Below are positions 20,338 through 29,903 of a stretch of 58,540 nucleotides of DNA, piece after piece (position 1 is the first letter of the stretch; each line of letters starts with the position of its first letter). Made by a program: the position numbers and the translations under genes. Source of the DNA: Actinomycetes bacterium. Lineage in GTDB: Bacteria > Actinomycetota > Acidimicrobiia > Acidimicrobiales > RAAP-2. Below the pieces are notes generated by a model, which searched no databases, was not told the DNA's origin, and worked only from the letters and a program-made list of their open reading frames with translations. The stretch spans positions 1-58,540 of the forward strand of contig JAKCEK010000001.1 in assembly GCA_021838005.1 (NCBI GenBank), given 5' to 3'.

Positions 20338-21063
20338 CTACCTGAGACGACGCTGTGCCTCGCCCACGACCCAGCGGAACGCCGGGTCGGGAGCGTCGAG
20401 CAGCTCCGGGTGCCACTGGACCGCCAGGACCTCGCCGTCGGCGCTCTCGAGACCCTCGATAACCCCGTCGGGCGCCTTCGCGGAGACCACGAGCCCCTCC
20501 CCCACGCGCTCAACCACCTGGTGGTGGAGGGAGTTGACCTCGAGCGCGAGCGGGTAGAGGTCGGAGAGCCGCGTTCCTTCGACGACCGACACGTCGTGAG
20601 TCCGCAGTCGGCCGTCGCTGGAGAAGCGGGGATGGCCCGCGCCCTCGTCGAGCGGGACGTCCTGGACCAGCGTCCCGCCGCGGGCCACGTTCACGAGCTG
20701 GAGCCCCCGGCAGATCGCCAGGACCGGTAGGGCGCGTCGCTGGGCCGCCTCGAAGAGCGCGAGCTCCCAGGCGTCGCGATCGGGCTCCACGTCACCCAAG
20801 CCGGGCTCGGGGACGGCCCCGTAGCGCGCCGGTTCGACGTCCGCGCCACCCGAGAGCACGAGGCCGTCGAGTCGGGCGACGACCGCGTCGACGTCGGCGT
20901 CGCGCGACAACTCCACCGGCAGGCCGCCCGCCAGGGCGATCGAGCGCGTGTAGTCGGCGAAGTGAAGATCAAAGAACAGGCCGCGCATCGCCGGGGGCAC
21001 GTGATCGCCGAGGTAGGCGGCGGGCCAGCGGCGACCCGTGACGCCGATGAGCGGACGACTCAT
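20338..21063 (-). CDS. Gamma-glutamyl-gamma-aminobutyrate hydrolase family (PuuD-like, peptidase C26)
   Basis: MSRPLIGVT, LVLSGGADV, AICRGLQ, VNSLHHQ, AVQWHPE; it is the 3' end of the listed 1427-aa ORF. Confidence 0.9.
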   Translation of the reverse strand: MSRPLIGVTGRRWPAAYLGDHVPPAMRGLFFDLHFADYTRSIALAGGLPVELSRDADVDAVVARLDGLVLSGGADVEPARYGAVPEPGLGDVEPDRDAWELALFEAAQRRALPVLAICRGLQLVNVARGGTLVQDVPLDEGAGHPRFSSDGRLRTHDVSVVEGTRLSDLYPLALEVNSLHHQVVERVGEGLVVSAKAPDGVIEGLESADGEVLAVQWHPELLDAPDPAFRWVVGEAQRRLR

Positions 21064-21105
21064 CCAGCCAGTGTAGGGCCCGGCTCGTGTGGTGTAATGA
21101 TCGCG

Positions 21106-21123
21106 TCGTTTGGTAGCAAACAT
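21106..21123. promoter_or_regulatory. Operator-like palindrome TCGTTTG-GTAG-CAAACAT between the divergent hydrolase and P450 genes
   Basis: Inverted repeat GTTTG-N4-CAAAC; related copies at 20305 and 36075. Confidence 0.6.
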
Positions 21124-21138
21124 CCTGCTGGGGGTCCC

Positions 21139-22380
21139 ATGGCCGACGCGCTCGCCGACATCGTCTCGCACGACACGTACGTTGACGGCGTCCCTCACGC
21201 GACGTTCGCGCACCTGCGCACCCACGACCCGGTGCACTGGACCGAGGAGACCGGGGGCCGGGGCTTCTGGAGCCTGACCACGTACGACGACGTGTTGCTC
21301 GCCAGCCGCTCCACCGACGTCTACTCGAGCCGCTTCGGCATCCGCCTCGAGGACATGACCCCCGAAGAGACCGAGGCGCGCCGGACCCTCATGGAGATGG
21401 ACCCGCCCGAGCACACCCGTCTGCGACGACTCGTCAGCCGTCCCTTCGCCCCGAAGTCGGTGAACGCGTACGAGTCCGTCGTGCGCACTCTGGCCGGCGA
21501 GGTCCTCGACGCGCTCGACGGCGCGCTCGAGTTCGATTTCGTCTCGCGCGTTGCGCGCGAACTGCCCATGCGCATGCTCGGCCGACTCCTCGGCCTGCCC
21601 GACGAGGACCTCGACTGGCTCGTCCGGCGGGGCGACGCCCTCATCGGCAACTCCGACCCCGACTTCACCGACTACGTCGTCGACCGCGTCGACACCTCGG
21701 ACTACCGCTTCCTCCCCTTCCGTAGCCCCGTCTCCCTGGAGCTCTTCGCCTACGCCGAGACCGCCCTCGCCGAGCGTCGGCTCCACCCCAGCCACGACAT
21801 CCTGTCGGCCCTCCTCGAGCCCACCACCGACGGCGAGTCCCTCGACGAGCTCGCGCTCAAGAACTTCTTCACCCTGATGGTGGCGGCCGGCAACGACACC
21901 ACCCGCTACACCATGACCGGGGGCCTTCAGGTCCTCATCGACCGGCCCGAGCTCCTCGCGCGCATCCCGTCGATGACCCTCGAGGAGAGGAAGCTCCTCA
22001 CCGACGAGGTCCTGCGCTTTACGACCGTGACGATGCACTTCCGCCGCACCCTGACCCAGGACGTGACCCTGCGGGGCACGCCCATGAAGGTGGGCGACAA
22101 GGTCGTCCTGTGGTACGCGTCGGCCAACTTCGACGAGGGCCACTTCGACGCGCCCGAGGAGTTCCGCGCGGACCGCACGCCCAACGACCACGTCTCGTTC
22201 GGCCTGCACAGCCCCCACCTGTGCCTGGGCTCGCACCTCGCGCGCCTCGAGATCCGAGTCCTGCTCGAAGAGATCGCCCGTCGCTGGACGCGCGTCGAGA
22301 ACGCCGCCCCACCCGAGCGCCTCCGCTCGAACTTCATCAGCGGGGTGAAGCGGCTCCCGGTGCGCGTCGACTGGCGCTAA
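21139..22380 (+). CDS. Cytochrome P450
   Basis: MDPPEHTRLR, I-helix AAGNDTT, EVLR (ExxR), heme motif FGLHSPHLCLG. Confidence 0.95.
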   Translation: MADALADIVSHDTYVDGVPHATFAHLRTHDPVHWTEETGGRGFWSLTTYDDVLLASRSTDVYSSRFGIRLEDMTPEETEARRTLMEMDPPEHTRLRRLVSRPFAPKSVNAYESVVRTLAGEVLDALDGALEFDFVSRVARELPMRMLGRLLGLPDEDLDWLVRRGDALIGNSDPDFTDYVVDRVDTSDYRFLPFRSPVSLELFAYAETALAERRLHPSHDILSALLEPTTDGESLDELALKNFFTLMVAAGNDTTRYTMTGGLQVLIDRPELLARIPSMTLEERKLLTDEVLRFTTVTMHFRRTLTQDVTLRGTPMKVGDKVVLWYASANFDEGHFDAPEEFRADRTPNDHVSFGLHSPHLCLGSHLARLEIRVLLEEIARRWTRVENAAPPERLRSNFISGVKRLPVRVDWR

Positions 22381-22452
22381 GTCGATCGCCCGCCGCCGCT
22401 CGAGCCGGCGCGAGATACCATGAGCCATGGCCGTCGCCCCCACGCCGGTGCC

Positions 22453-24402
22453 GTGACGACGCCCCTCTGGACGCCCTCGCCCGAGCGCGCGGCTCGCTCG
22501 CACCTGGCGGCCCTGCTCGACGCCCACCACTTCGCCGACTACGACGCGGCGTGGGCCTGGTCGACCGATCCGGCGACGATGGGCGACTTCTGGGGAGCCG
22601 TCGCCGCCGACACCGGGGTCGTCTTCCACTCTCCCGCCGCGGTCCCGCTCGAGCGCGATCCCACGTCGGTGACCGGCGCGCGCTGGTTCCCCGGCGCGAC
22701 GCTCAACTACGCCGAACACGCCCTGCGCCGCCGGGGCCCGGCGACGGCCGTCATCTCCCACGACGACGCCCGCGGGGACCGCGCGGTGAGCTGGGACGAG
22801 CTCGCCCGGCTGGTCGGCGGGCTCCAGCGGGGCCTCGCGGCCCGAGGGGTCGGCCCGGGCGACGTCGTCGCGGCCTACCTGCCCAACGTGGTCGAGACCC
22901 TCGCCCTGATGCTCGCCACGACCGGTCTCGGAGCGACCTGGACGTGCTGCGCGCCCGAGACCGGCGTCGACGGCGTCCTCGACCGCCTCCAGCAGACCAG
23001 CCCACGAGTCTTCGTTGCCGTCGACGGCTACCGCTACGGCGAACGGACGCGCGACTCGCGGGAGGACGCCGCGACGGTGCGGGCCGAGCTCGCGAGCGTG
23101 CGCCACGCCGTGATGCTCGACCTGCTCGCCCTGGAGCGCCCCGCGGGCTTCGACGCCTGGGCCGACCTCGCCGGGGACCCGACGGAGCCGACCTTCGAAG
23201 CCGTGCCCTTCGACCACCCTCTGTACGTCCTCTACTCCTCGGGCACCACCGGCAAGCCCAAGGCCATCGTCCACGGCCACGGCGGGATCCTCCTCGAGCA
23301 CGCCAAGGCCCTGCGCTACCACTTCGACCTCGACGCCGACGACCGCTTCTTCTGGTACACGACGACGGGGTGGATGATGTGGAACTTCTGCGTCTCGGGC
23401 CTGGTCGTCGGCGCGACCGTGACGCTGTTCGACGGGAACCCCAGCGCGCCCGACGCCGACCGTCTCTGGTCGTTCATGGCCGAACACTCGATCACGGTCG
23501 CCGGCGTGGGTGCCGCGTACCTGGTCGCCTGCGCCAAGGCCGATCTCGTCCCCCGACTCGAGCACGACCTCGCCGCGCTCGAGACCCTCGGGGCGACGGG
23601 TTCGCCGCTGCCGGGATCGGCCGCTGCGTGGGTGTACCGCGACGTGAAAGACGACCTCCTCGTCGCCTCCTTTAGCGGCGGCACGGACGTGTGCACCGGC
23701 TTCGTGGGCGCCAGCCCCCTGCACCCCGTCTGGCCCGGCGAGATCTCGTGCCGATGCCTCGGGGTCGCCCTCGAGGTCTACGACGACCAAGGGGCGACCG
23801 TGCGCGACGTCGAGGGCGAACTCGTTGTCACCCAGCCGATGCCCTCGATGCCGGTCGGTTTCTTGAACGACCCCGGGGACGACCGCTACCGGGCCGCCTA
23901 CTACGGTCGCTACCCCGGGATCTGGGTCCACGGGGACCGCGCCACGCTGACCTCCCACGGCTCGGTCGTCATCACCGGTCGATCCGACGGGACCCTGAAC
24001 CGCGGCGGGGTGCGCATGGGCACCGCCGAGTTCTACAACGTCGTCGAAGCCCTCCCCGAAGTCACCGACAGCCTCGTCGTGCACCTGGAGGACCACGGGG
24101 GCGGGCCCGGCGAGCTCTGGCTCTTCGTGGTGGCCCCGGGCGCGGATCGCGAGACGCTCGTCGAGAGGATTCGCACCGAGGTACGCACGCGGCTGTCGCC
24201 GCGGCACGTGCCCGACCACGTGGTCGTCGTCGACGCCGTACCGCGCACACTCACCGGCAAGAAGCTCGAAGTTCCCGTCAAGCGCATCCTCGCCGGCGCC
24301 GACCCCGCCACCGTGGCGGCCGTCTCGTCGGTCGCGAACCCCGAGAGTCTCGACACCTTCGTCGCCCTGGCGGGGTCGCGCCGCCCCGCCCCCGACGCCT
24401 GA
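22453..24402 (+). CDS. Acetoacetate--CoA ligase (acetoacetyl-CoA synthetase)
   Basis: WFPGATLNYAEH, YSSGTTGKPKAIVH, TTTGWMMWN, SGGTDVC, GRSDGTLN, TGKKLEVPVK; start is GTG 22453 or ATG 22420. Confidence 0.9.
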   Translation: MTTPLWTPSPERAARSHLAALLDAHHFADYDAAWAWSTDPATMGDFWGAVAADTGVVFHSPAAVPLERDPTSVTGARWFPGATLNYAEHALRRRGPATAVISHDDARGDRAVSWDELARLVGGLQRGLAARGVGPGDVVAAYLPNVVETLALMLATTGLGATWTCCAPETGVDGVLDRLQQTSPRVFVAVDGYRYGERTRDSREDAATVRAELASVRHAVMLDLLALERPAGFDAWADLAGDPTEPTFEAVPFDHPLYVLYSSGTTGKPKAIVHGHGGILLEHAKALRYHFDLDADDRFFWYTTTGWMMWNFCVSGLVVGATVTLFDGNPSAPDADRLWSFMAEHSITVAGVGAAYLVACAKADLVPRLEHDLAALETLGATGSPLPGSAAAWVYRDVKDDLLVASFSGGTDVCTGFVGASPLHPVWPGEISCRCLGVALEVYDDQGATVRDVEGELVVTQPMPSMPVGFLNDPGDDRYRAAYYGRYPGIWVHGDRATLTSHGSVVITGRSDGTLNRGGVRMGTAEFYNVVEALPEVTDSLVVHLEDHGGGPGELWLFVVAPGADRETLVERIRTEVRTRLSPRHVPDHVVVVDAVPRTLTGKKLEVPVKRILAGADPATVAAVSSVANPESLDTFVALAGSRRPAPDA

Positions 24403-24612
24403 GCCACGGCGCGAGGCGTTCGGGCCTCGTGATCGTCGCGTTCCCCCGGGCGTGTCGAGGGGGCACCTTCGGTGCGACGACTGCGGCCCGAGGAGTGTCA
24501 CGACCACCGCCACCGACCTACCCCCACCGCAACGACACGGCCGCCCACACCAAGAACCCGACCCTCGCGCTCGTGGAGCCCCTCCTCCTCGTCGCGGGCC
24601 CCGCGAACTAGG

Positions 24613-24635
24613 GCCCACCATAACCCCTGGTGGGC
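24613..24635. terminator. GC-rich hairpin gcccacca-taacccc-tggtgggc
   Basis: Perfect 8-bp stem in intergenic DNA. Confidence 0.4.
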
Positions 24636-24756
24636 ACCGTCACCGTCCCCGCGAGGTGAGAGAGTCGCCGGCGCTGAGGTGACTTTGGTCCCTAGGACCA
24701 CGGGGGTCTCAACGGGTCAGCGTGGAGGCGTCGAAAGAGGACCGAGGAGGGTCACG

Positions 24757-25050
24757 ATGACGACGGTGGTCCACCACTCCCCCACCCACGCGGGTCCCGC
24801 ACACCGCGCGCGCCACAACGAGACCACCCGCGACCGCGTCGTCCGGATCGTGGTGGGCGCTGCGGCCGTGATCGCGGGCGCGGTCCTCCTCACTACCCGG
24901 GACGCGGTCCTCGCCTACCGGCTGGAGTCCCTCCTAGTCTTAGTCGGGCTGGTCCTCGCCGTGACGGGTGTCACCGGCTACTGCCCGCTCTACGCCCTCT
25001 GTGGCCACGTGCCCGAGTCCCTGCGGGCCGAGGACGGTCCGCGCCCCTAG
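24757..25050 (+). CDS. DUF2892 (YgaP-like) membrane protein
   Basis: HNETTRDRVVRIVVG...TGVTGYCPLYALCG; GAGGAGG RBS. Confidence 0.8.
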   Translation: MTTVVHHSPTHAGPAHRARHNETTRDRVVRIVVGAAAVIAGAVLLTTRDAVLAYRLESLLVLVGLVLAVTGVTGYCPLYALCGHVPESLRAEDGPRP

Positions 25051-26582
25051 GGCTGGGACACCGCCGCCGCGAGGTCGCGCAGGCGGACCTTGTCGACCTT
25101 GCCCACGGGATTGCGGGGAAGTTCGGCTACGACCACCAAGCGCGTGGGCACCTTGTAGCCCGCGAGGCGAACCCGGCAGTGGGCCTCGAGGGCGTCGAGG
25201 TCGACGGGGCTCGCCGGATCGACCTCCAGGTACGCGACCCCGGTCTCGCCCCAACGGGAGTGGTCGACCCCTACGACCGCGGCGCACAGCACGCCGGGGA
25301 ACGAGGTCAGGACGTTCTCGACCTCGACCGGATAGACGTTCTCACCCCCCGAGACGAACATCTCCTTGAGCCGCCCAGCGATGGAGTAGAACCCGTCGCG
25401 GTCGCGGTGGGCGATGTCCCCAGTGCGTAGCCACCCGTCGACCAAGACGGCGGACGTCGCCGCCTCGTCCCGCCAGTAGCCCGGGAAGACGCCCGGACCC
25501 CGCACGTGGAGCTCACCTTCCCCCGATCCCTCGACGCACGCGCCGGTCAGGGGGTCGACGAGCGCGACGTCCACGAACGGGTACGGGTGGCCGACCGTGC
25601 AGGGGTGCGCGGGCGCGTCGCGCGCGTCGAGGCAGAACACGTTGGGGCCGGCCTCGGTGAGGCCGTACCCCTGGTGCAGGGCCACGCCCCGCTCACTCCA
25701 GCGCGCCGCGACGGTCGCCGGCATGGCCGCCCCGCCGACGACCACGTGGCGCAGACTCGACAGGTCGGCCGTGGCGAAGCGGGGGTGCTCCCCCACCATC
25801 AAGAAGGTCGTGGGAACCCCGGCCATCGTGGTCACGCGCTCGCGCTCGATCAGATCGAGCACGCGCCCCGCGTCGAACGACGTCTCCAACAGCACCGTGG
25901 CGCCCTTCAGCCAGGCCTGCATCGGTTGCACGTTCCAGCCCCCGATGTGGAATTGGGGCAGGACCTGTAAGACCACGTCGGTGTCGAGGATCGGGGCGAC
26001 GAAGTCGAGGCTCAGATTGGTCCAGAAGAAGTTCGCGTGGGTGAGCAGCACCCCCTTTGGCCTTCCCGTCGTGCCCGAGGTGGCGATCACGACCAGTCCC
26101 GCGTCCTGCTCGACGGCGGGCAGCCCCCACCCCTCACCCTCGACGGCAAGTTCGCTCAGCAGCCACTCGAGGCGTTCGGGTCGGCCCCCGAGGTCGGTGA
26201 GCGACCCGTCGACGCGCGCGCGCTGACTTTCCGAACCGACCCACAGCCGGGGCGTCATCAGATCGAGTTGGGGCGCGAGTTCGGCGTTGGTCAGCCGCCA
26301 GTTCATCGGGAAGAGAATCGCCCCAGCCTTCGCGCACGCGAAGAGCAGGACCACGACCTCGGGGCGGTTCTCGCTGAGGACCGCCACCCGCTCCCCCGGA
26401 CCCACGCCGCGGGCGACGAGGCCGCGGGCGACCGCGCTCGACAGCTCGTCGAGTTCGCGGTAGGTGTAGCGCTGCTCCGCCCCCACCAGGGCCACGCTGT
26501 CGGGCGCCAGTCGAGCGCGCTCCCTCACCCAACGGCCCACCACGGTCGGCTCGAGTGACTCGCGCGCGTCGAGGCGACTCAT
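25047..26582 (-). CDS. AMP-dependent acyl-CoA synthetase (MenE/FadD-like)
   Basis: TSGTTGRPKG, GYGLTE, WLRTGD, SGGENVYP, GKVDK. Confidence 0.9.
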   Translation of the reverse strand: MSRLDARESLEPTVVGRWVRERARLAPDSVALVGAEQRYTYRELDELSSAVARGLVARGVGPGERVAVLSENRPEVVVLLFACAKAGAILFPMNWRLTNAELAPQLDLMTPRLWVGSESQRARVDGSLTDLGGRPERLEWLLSELAVEGEGWGLPAVEQDAGLVVIATSGTTGRPKGVLLTHANFFWTNLSLDFVAPILDTDVVLQVLPQFHIGGWNVQPMQAWLKGATVLLETSFDAGRVLDLIERERVTTMAGVPTTFLMVGEHPRFATADLSSLRHVVVGGAAMPATVAARWSERGVALHQGYGLTEAGPNVFCLDARDAPAHPCTVGHPYPFVDVALVDPLTGACVEGSGEGELHVRGPGVFPGYWRDEAATSAVLVDGWLRTGDIAHRDRDGFYSIAGRLKEMFVSGGENVYPVEVENVLTSFPGVLCAAVVGVDHSRWGETGVAYLEVDPASPVDLDALEAHCRVRLAGYKVPTRLVVVAELPRNPVGKVDKVRLRDLAAAVSQP

Positions 26583-27256
26583 ACCGGTTCCTCGTCGGTG
26601 ACCTCGCGCTCGACGCCCAGCATCCTCGAGACGATCACCATCATCTGTTCGAACACGGCCGGGGGAACCTCGCGCTCCTCGTTCCAGAGGATCCAGCGCA
26701 GACCGATCATCTCGCCGATGGCCGCCAGCGACCACGCCAGGACCATCGGGTCGGTCGGGGTGATCTCACCCGACGCCATCGCCTCGCGCAGGTACGGCGC
26801 GTAGTTTCCGATGATCGTCTCGTAGTGGTGGCGCAGCGCTCGCGGCGAGACGAACTCGGCCTGGCGGATCACCCGGTACAGCGCCGGGTGTTCGGCGGTG
26901 AAGCGGAAGAATCCCGCGAACCCGAGCCGTTCGGCCTCGAGTCGGTTGGTCGCCGCGCGCGACGCCTCGCTCATGGCGTGTCGCACCCGCTGGTTGAGGT
27001 CCGCCACCACCTCCTCGAAGACCTCGAGCTTGCTCGCGAAGTAGAGGTAGAACGTGCCCTGGGCGACGTCGGCCGCCTCGGTGATCTTGACGATGGAGGC
27101 GTCGTGGTAGCCGACGGCGGCGAAGACCTGCTCGGCGGCGTCGATGATCTTGCGACGGGTCCGCTGCCCCTTCGGCCGCCGTGGGCTCGCCGGCGCCGTG
27201 GTGCCGAGGTCCGGCGGCCCCACGGCACCCGACGGTGCGCTCGGAGTCTCGCTCAC
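26579..27256 (-). CDS. TetR/AcrR family transcriptional regulator
   Basis: TRRKIIDAAEQVF...ITEAADVAQGTFYLYFASK helix-turn-helix; GGAGGAGG RBS. Confidence 0.9.
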   Translation of the reverse strand: MSETPSAPSGAVGPPDLGTTAPASPRRPKGQRTRRKIIDAAEQVFAAVGYHDASIVKITEAADVAQGTFYLYFASKLEVFEEVVADLNQRVRHAMSEASRAATNRLEAERLGFAGFFRFTAEHPALYRVIRQAEFVSPRALRHHYETIIGNYAPYLREAMASGEITPTDPMVLAWSLAAIGEMIGLRWILWNEEREVPPAVFEQMMVIVSRMLGVEREVTDEEPV

Positions 27257-27294
27257 CACTCCTCCTCCCGCCGACGTCGTCCGGCGACGCGACG

Positions 27295-28530
27295 CTACCC
27301 CAGCATCGCCGCGTACACGAGCTGCTGGAGCGCTCGCCGCCACGGGTAGCTCGTGCTCGGCAGCAACTGGGCGTACAGGGCGACCGCGAGTCCCTGTGCA
27401 CGGTCCACCCAGAAGAACGTTGAGGCCGCCCCACCCCATGAGATCGAACCCGGTGAGACCAGGCTGCGATTGGCGACCGGGTCCACCATGGTCGCCACCC
27501 CCAGGCCGAAGCCAACCCCGGCCTGGCCGACCTCGCTGAAGGTGTCGCGGGACATCGCCTCGAGCGTGCCCCCGCTCGGCAGGAAGTTCGCACCCATCAG
27601 GTCCACCGTGCGCGCGGTGAGGTAGCGCACGCCGTCGCGCGCGCCCCCCCCCACGAGCATCGCCATGAAGCGCTCGTAGTCGGCTGCGGTCGAGAGCAGC
27701 CCTCCACCACCCGTGAACAGCGTCGGCGGCTTGGTCGCGGCCTCGGCGAGGTCGGGCACCGCCACGGCCCGACCCTCCCAGTTGACGTACAGCATGGCGA
27801 GACGGTCGCGATCCTCCTCCCGGCAGGACCAGGTGGTGTCGACCATGCCCAGGGGTTCGAGGATCCGTCGGGCGATGAAGGCGTCGAGCCGCTCGCCGCT
27901 CCAGATCTCGACGAGCCGACCGAGCACGTCGATCGCGACCGAGTAGTTCCAGGCCGAACCCGGGTCGAACAGCAGTGGGGCGCTCGACCAGTCGCGGACC
28001 GCGCCCTCCAGGTCGATCCCCTCGGGGAAGACCCAGCGCGTCTCGTCGTAACCCATGGCGCGGTACAGCGCGTCCACGGGGTTCGCGTTCTGGAAGCCGT
28101 AGGTGAGACCGGCGGTGTGGGTGAAGAGGTGGTGGACCCGGATGGGCGCCGAGGCGGGACGCGTCCTCAGGGCACCCACGGGACCGCCCACGTAGACCCG
28201 CGGATCCGCGAACTCGGGGATCCATCGTCCAACCTCGTCGTTGAGGTCGAAGGCCCCCTCCTCGTAGAGCATCATCGCGGCGACCGCGGTCACCGGCTTG
28301 GTCATCGAGTAGAGCCGCCAGATGGTGTCATCTTCGACGGCCAGTCCCCGTTCGCGATCTCGATGCCCGCCCCGCGCGCACCAGACGAGGCTGCCCCCCC
28401 GGCTCACGGTCGCGAGCCAGCCGGCGACCCGGCCCGACTCCACGAACCCGTCGAAGTAGGTCCGGACGCGCTCGAGGCGCGACGGCTCGAAGCCGGCTTC
28501 GGTCGGCTCACCGCGCGGTACCAACGCCAC
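27295..28530 (-). CDS. Serine hydrolase (beta-lactamase-fold, family VIII esterase)
   Basis: SMTK (SxxK), LFTHTAGL, WNYS, GGGGLLST, WGGAAST. Confidence 0.88.
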   Translation of the reverse strand: MALVPRGEPTEAGFEPSRLERVRTYFDGFVESGRVAGWLATVSRGGSLVWCARGGHRDRERGLAVEDDTIWRLYSMTKPVTAVAAMMLYEEGAFDLNDEVGRWIPEFADPRVYVGGPVGALRTRPASAPIRVHHLFTHTAGLTYGFQNANPVDALYRAMGYDETRWVFPEGIDLEGAVRDWSSAPLLFDPGSAWNYSVAIDVLGRLVEIWSGERLDAFIARRILEPLGMVDTTWSCREEDRDRLAMLYVNWEGRAVAVPDLAEAATKPPTLFTGGGGLLSTAADYERFMAMLVGGGARDGVRYLTARTVDLMGANFLPSGGTLEAMSRDTFSEVGQAGVGFGLGVATMVDPVANRSLVSPGSISWGGAASTFFWVDRAQGLAVALYAQLLPSTSYPWRRALQQLVYAAMLG

Positions 28531-28586
28531 CTTGGCCCCCTCCCCTCGGCCCAGTCTGGGTCGCCCCGTGGAGAGTAGCGCAAATA

Positions 28587-28607
28587 TGAGAGCCGATTCA
28601 CTTGACA
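28587..28607. promoter_or_regulatory. Divergent promoter region: TGA-N8-TCA site next to TTGACA, candidate TetR operator
   Basis: AT-richer intergenic stretch tgagagccgattcacttgaca between the esterase and the ABC binding protein. Confidence 0.3.
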
Positions 28608-28669
28608 TTTCTGACCGACTCTGCTTGACTTCGCCTGCCGTGCCCGTGGGGGACACGGGGGGAGGACCT

Positions 28670-29875
28670 ATGAGGAAGATCACTCGTTGGGTGGCGGGAC
28701 CGCTGGCCCTGGCCACCGCGACCTTGGGCGTCGCGCTCGTCGCGGGGCCCACCGCCGGCGCCGCGAAGGCCGCGCCCTACAAGCTCGGGATCGTGACCGA
28801 GAAGACCGGTATCTACTCGGCCTACGTGCAGGAGTGGCTCCAGGGCATGCAGATCGGCCTGCAGTACGCCACCAAGGGCACCATGGCGGTCAACGGTCAC
28901 CCGATCAAGCTGACCATCGACGACAACCAGGACAACCCCACCACGGCCGCGACCGACTTCAAGAGCCTCGTCGGGGCCGGCTACAAGATCATCGGGGGCA
29001 CGGCCGACTCGGGCATCGCCGACGAGCTCGCTCCCCTGGCTGCCCAGAACAAGGTCCTCTACATCTCGGGGGCCGCCGCCGACGACCAGCTCACCGGCAT
29101 CAACCGTTACACCTTCCGCTCCGGGCGCCAGGCCTACCAGGACGTCACCGCCTCCGAGGGCTACATCAAGGCGCTCGGCAAGGGCAAGAACGTCGTCGTG
29201 CTCGCCCAGGACTACGCCTTCGGCCAGTCCTACATCGCCGACGCGACCAAGGCCTTCCAGGCCATGGGCGACACCGTGACCCCGATCGCGGTGCCGCTCA
29301 CCACGACCGACTTCACGCCGGTGGCGCTGCAAGTCGCCCAGGACAAGCCCGACGTCGTCTTCCTGGCGTGGGCCGGAACGACCGGTGCGGCGCTCGCCCA
29401 GTCCCTCGACCAGGCCGGCGTCTTCACGAGCGCGGCGGTGATCACCGGGCTCGCGAACATTGCGACATACAAGTTCTACGGGACCGCGGGGCTCAAGTTC
29501 CACTACATCTCTTTGTACAACTACCAGTCCCCGCACAATGCGGTGAACAACTTCCTCATCTCGCGCGAGCGCGCCCAGTACCACACGGTGCCCGACCTGT
29601 TCGCGGCCGACGGCTTCGTCTGGTCCGAGATGGCCGTCCACGCACTCGCCGCCGGCAACGGCACGAACGTCGCCAAGATGATCAAGGCGCTCGAGGGCTG
29701 GACGTTCCAGGCCCCCAAGGGGACCCAGACCATCCGCAAGTCGGACCACGCCATGCTCCAGCCGATGTTCCTCGTGACCCTCGTCCAGTCGGTCACCGGC
29801 GACTACGTGCCGGTCACCACCGCGACCTTGTCGGCGACCACGACCGCGCCGCCGATCTCGGCGCACTTCGGCTGA
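28670..29875 (+). CDS. Branched-chain-type (HAAT) ABC transporter substrate-binding protein
   Basis: Signal peptide, NRYTFRSGR, AQDYAFG, IRKSDHAMLQPMF; GGAGGA RBS. Confidence 0.9.
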   Translation: MRKITRWVAGPLALATATLGVALVAGPTAGAAKAAPYKLGIVTEKTGIYSAYVQEWLQGMQIGLQYATKGTMAVNGHPIKLTIDDNQDNPTTAATDFKSLVGAGYKIIGGTADSGIADELAPLAAQNKVLYISGAAADDQLTGINRYTFRSGRQAYQDVTASEGYIKALGKGKNVVVLAQDYAFGQSYIADATKAFQAMGDTVTPIAVPLTTTDFTPVALQVAQDKPDVVFLAWAGTTGAALAQSLDQAGVFTSAAVITGLANIATYKFYGTAGLKFHYISLYNYQSPHNAVNNFLISRERAQYHTVPDLFAADGFVWSEMAVHALAAGNGTNVAKMIKALEGWTFQAPKGTQTIRKSDHAMLQPMFLVTLVQSVTGDYVPVTTATLSATTTAPPISAHFG

Positions 29876-29903
29876 TCCCGGGAGAATCTGGAATCATCGA
29901 GCC

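Noticed and set aside
24403-24611. Small ORF or IS remnant after the acetoacetate-CoA ligase
   Set aside because: No RBS, recognisable motif or terminal inverted repeats; I cannot support a call
20338-24621. 1427-aa minus-strand ORF as a giant or fusion protein
   Set aside because: Only the last 241 codons (from ATG 21063) are a real PuuD-like gene; the rest is the stop-poor antisense shadow of the P450 and acetoacetate-CoA ligase in high-GC DNA
27295-28530. Beta-lactamase resistance gene
   Set aside because: SxxK fold, but the motifs and context (TetR, CoA ligase, bdhA) match family VIII esterases
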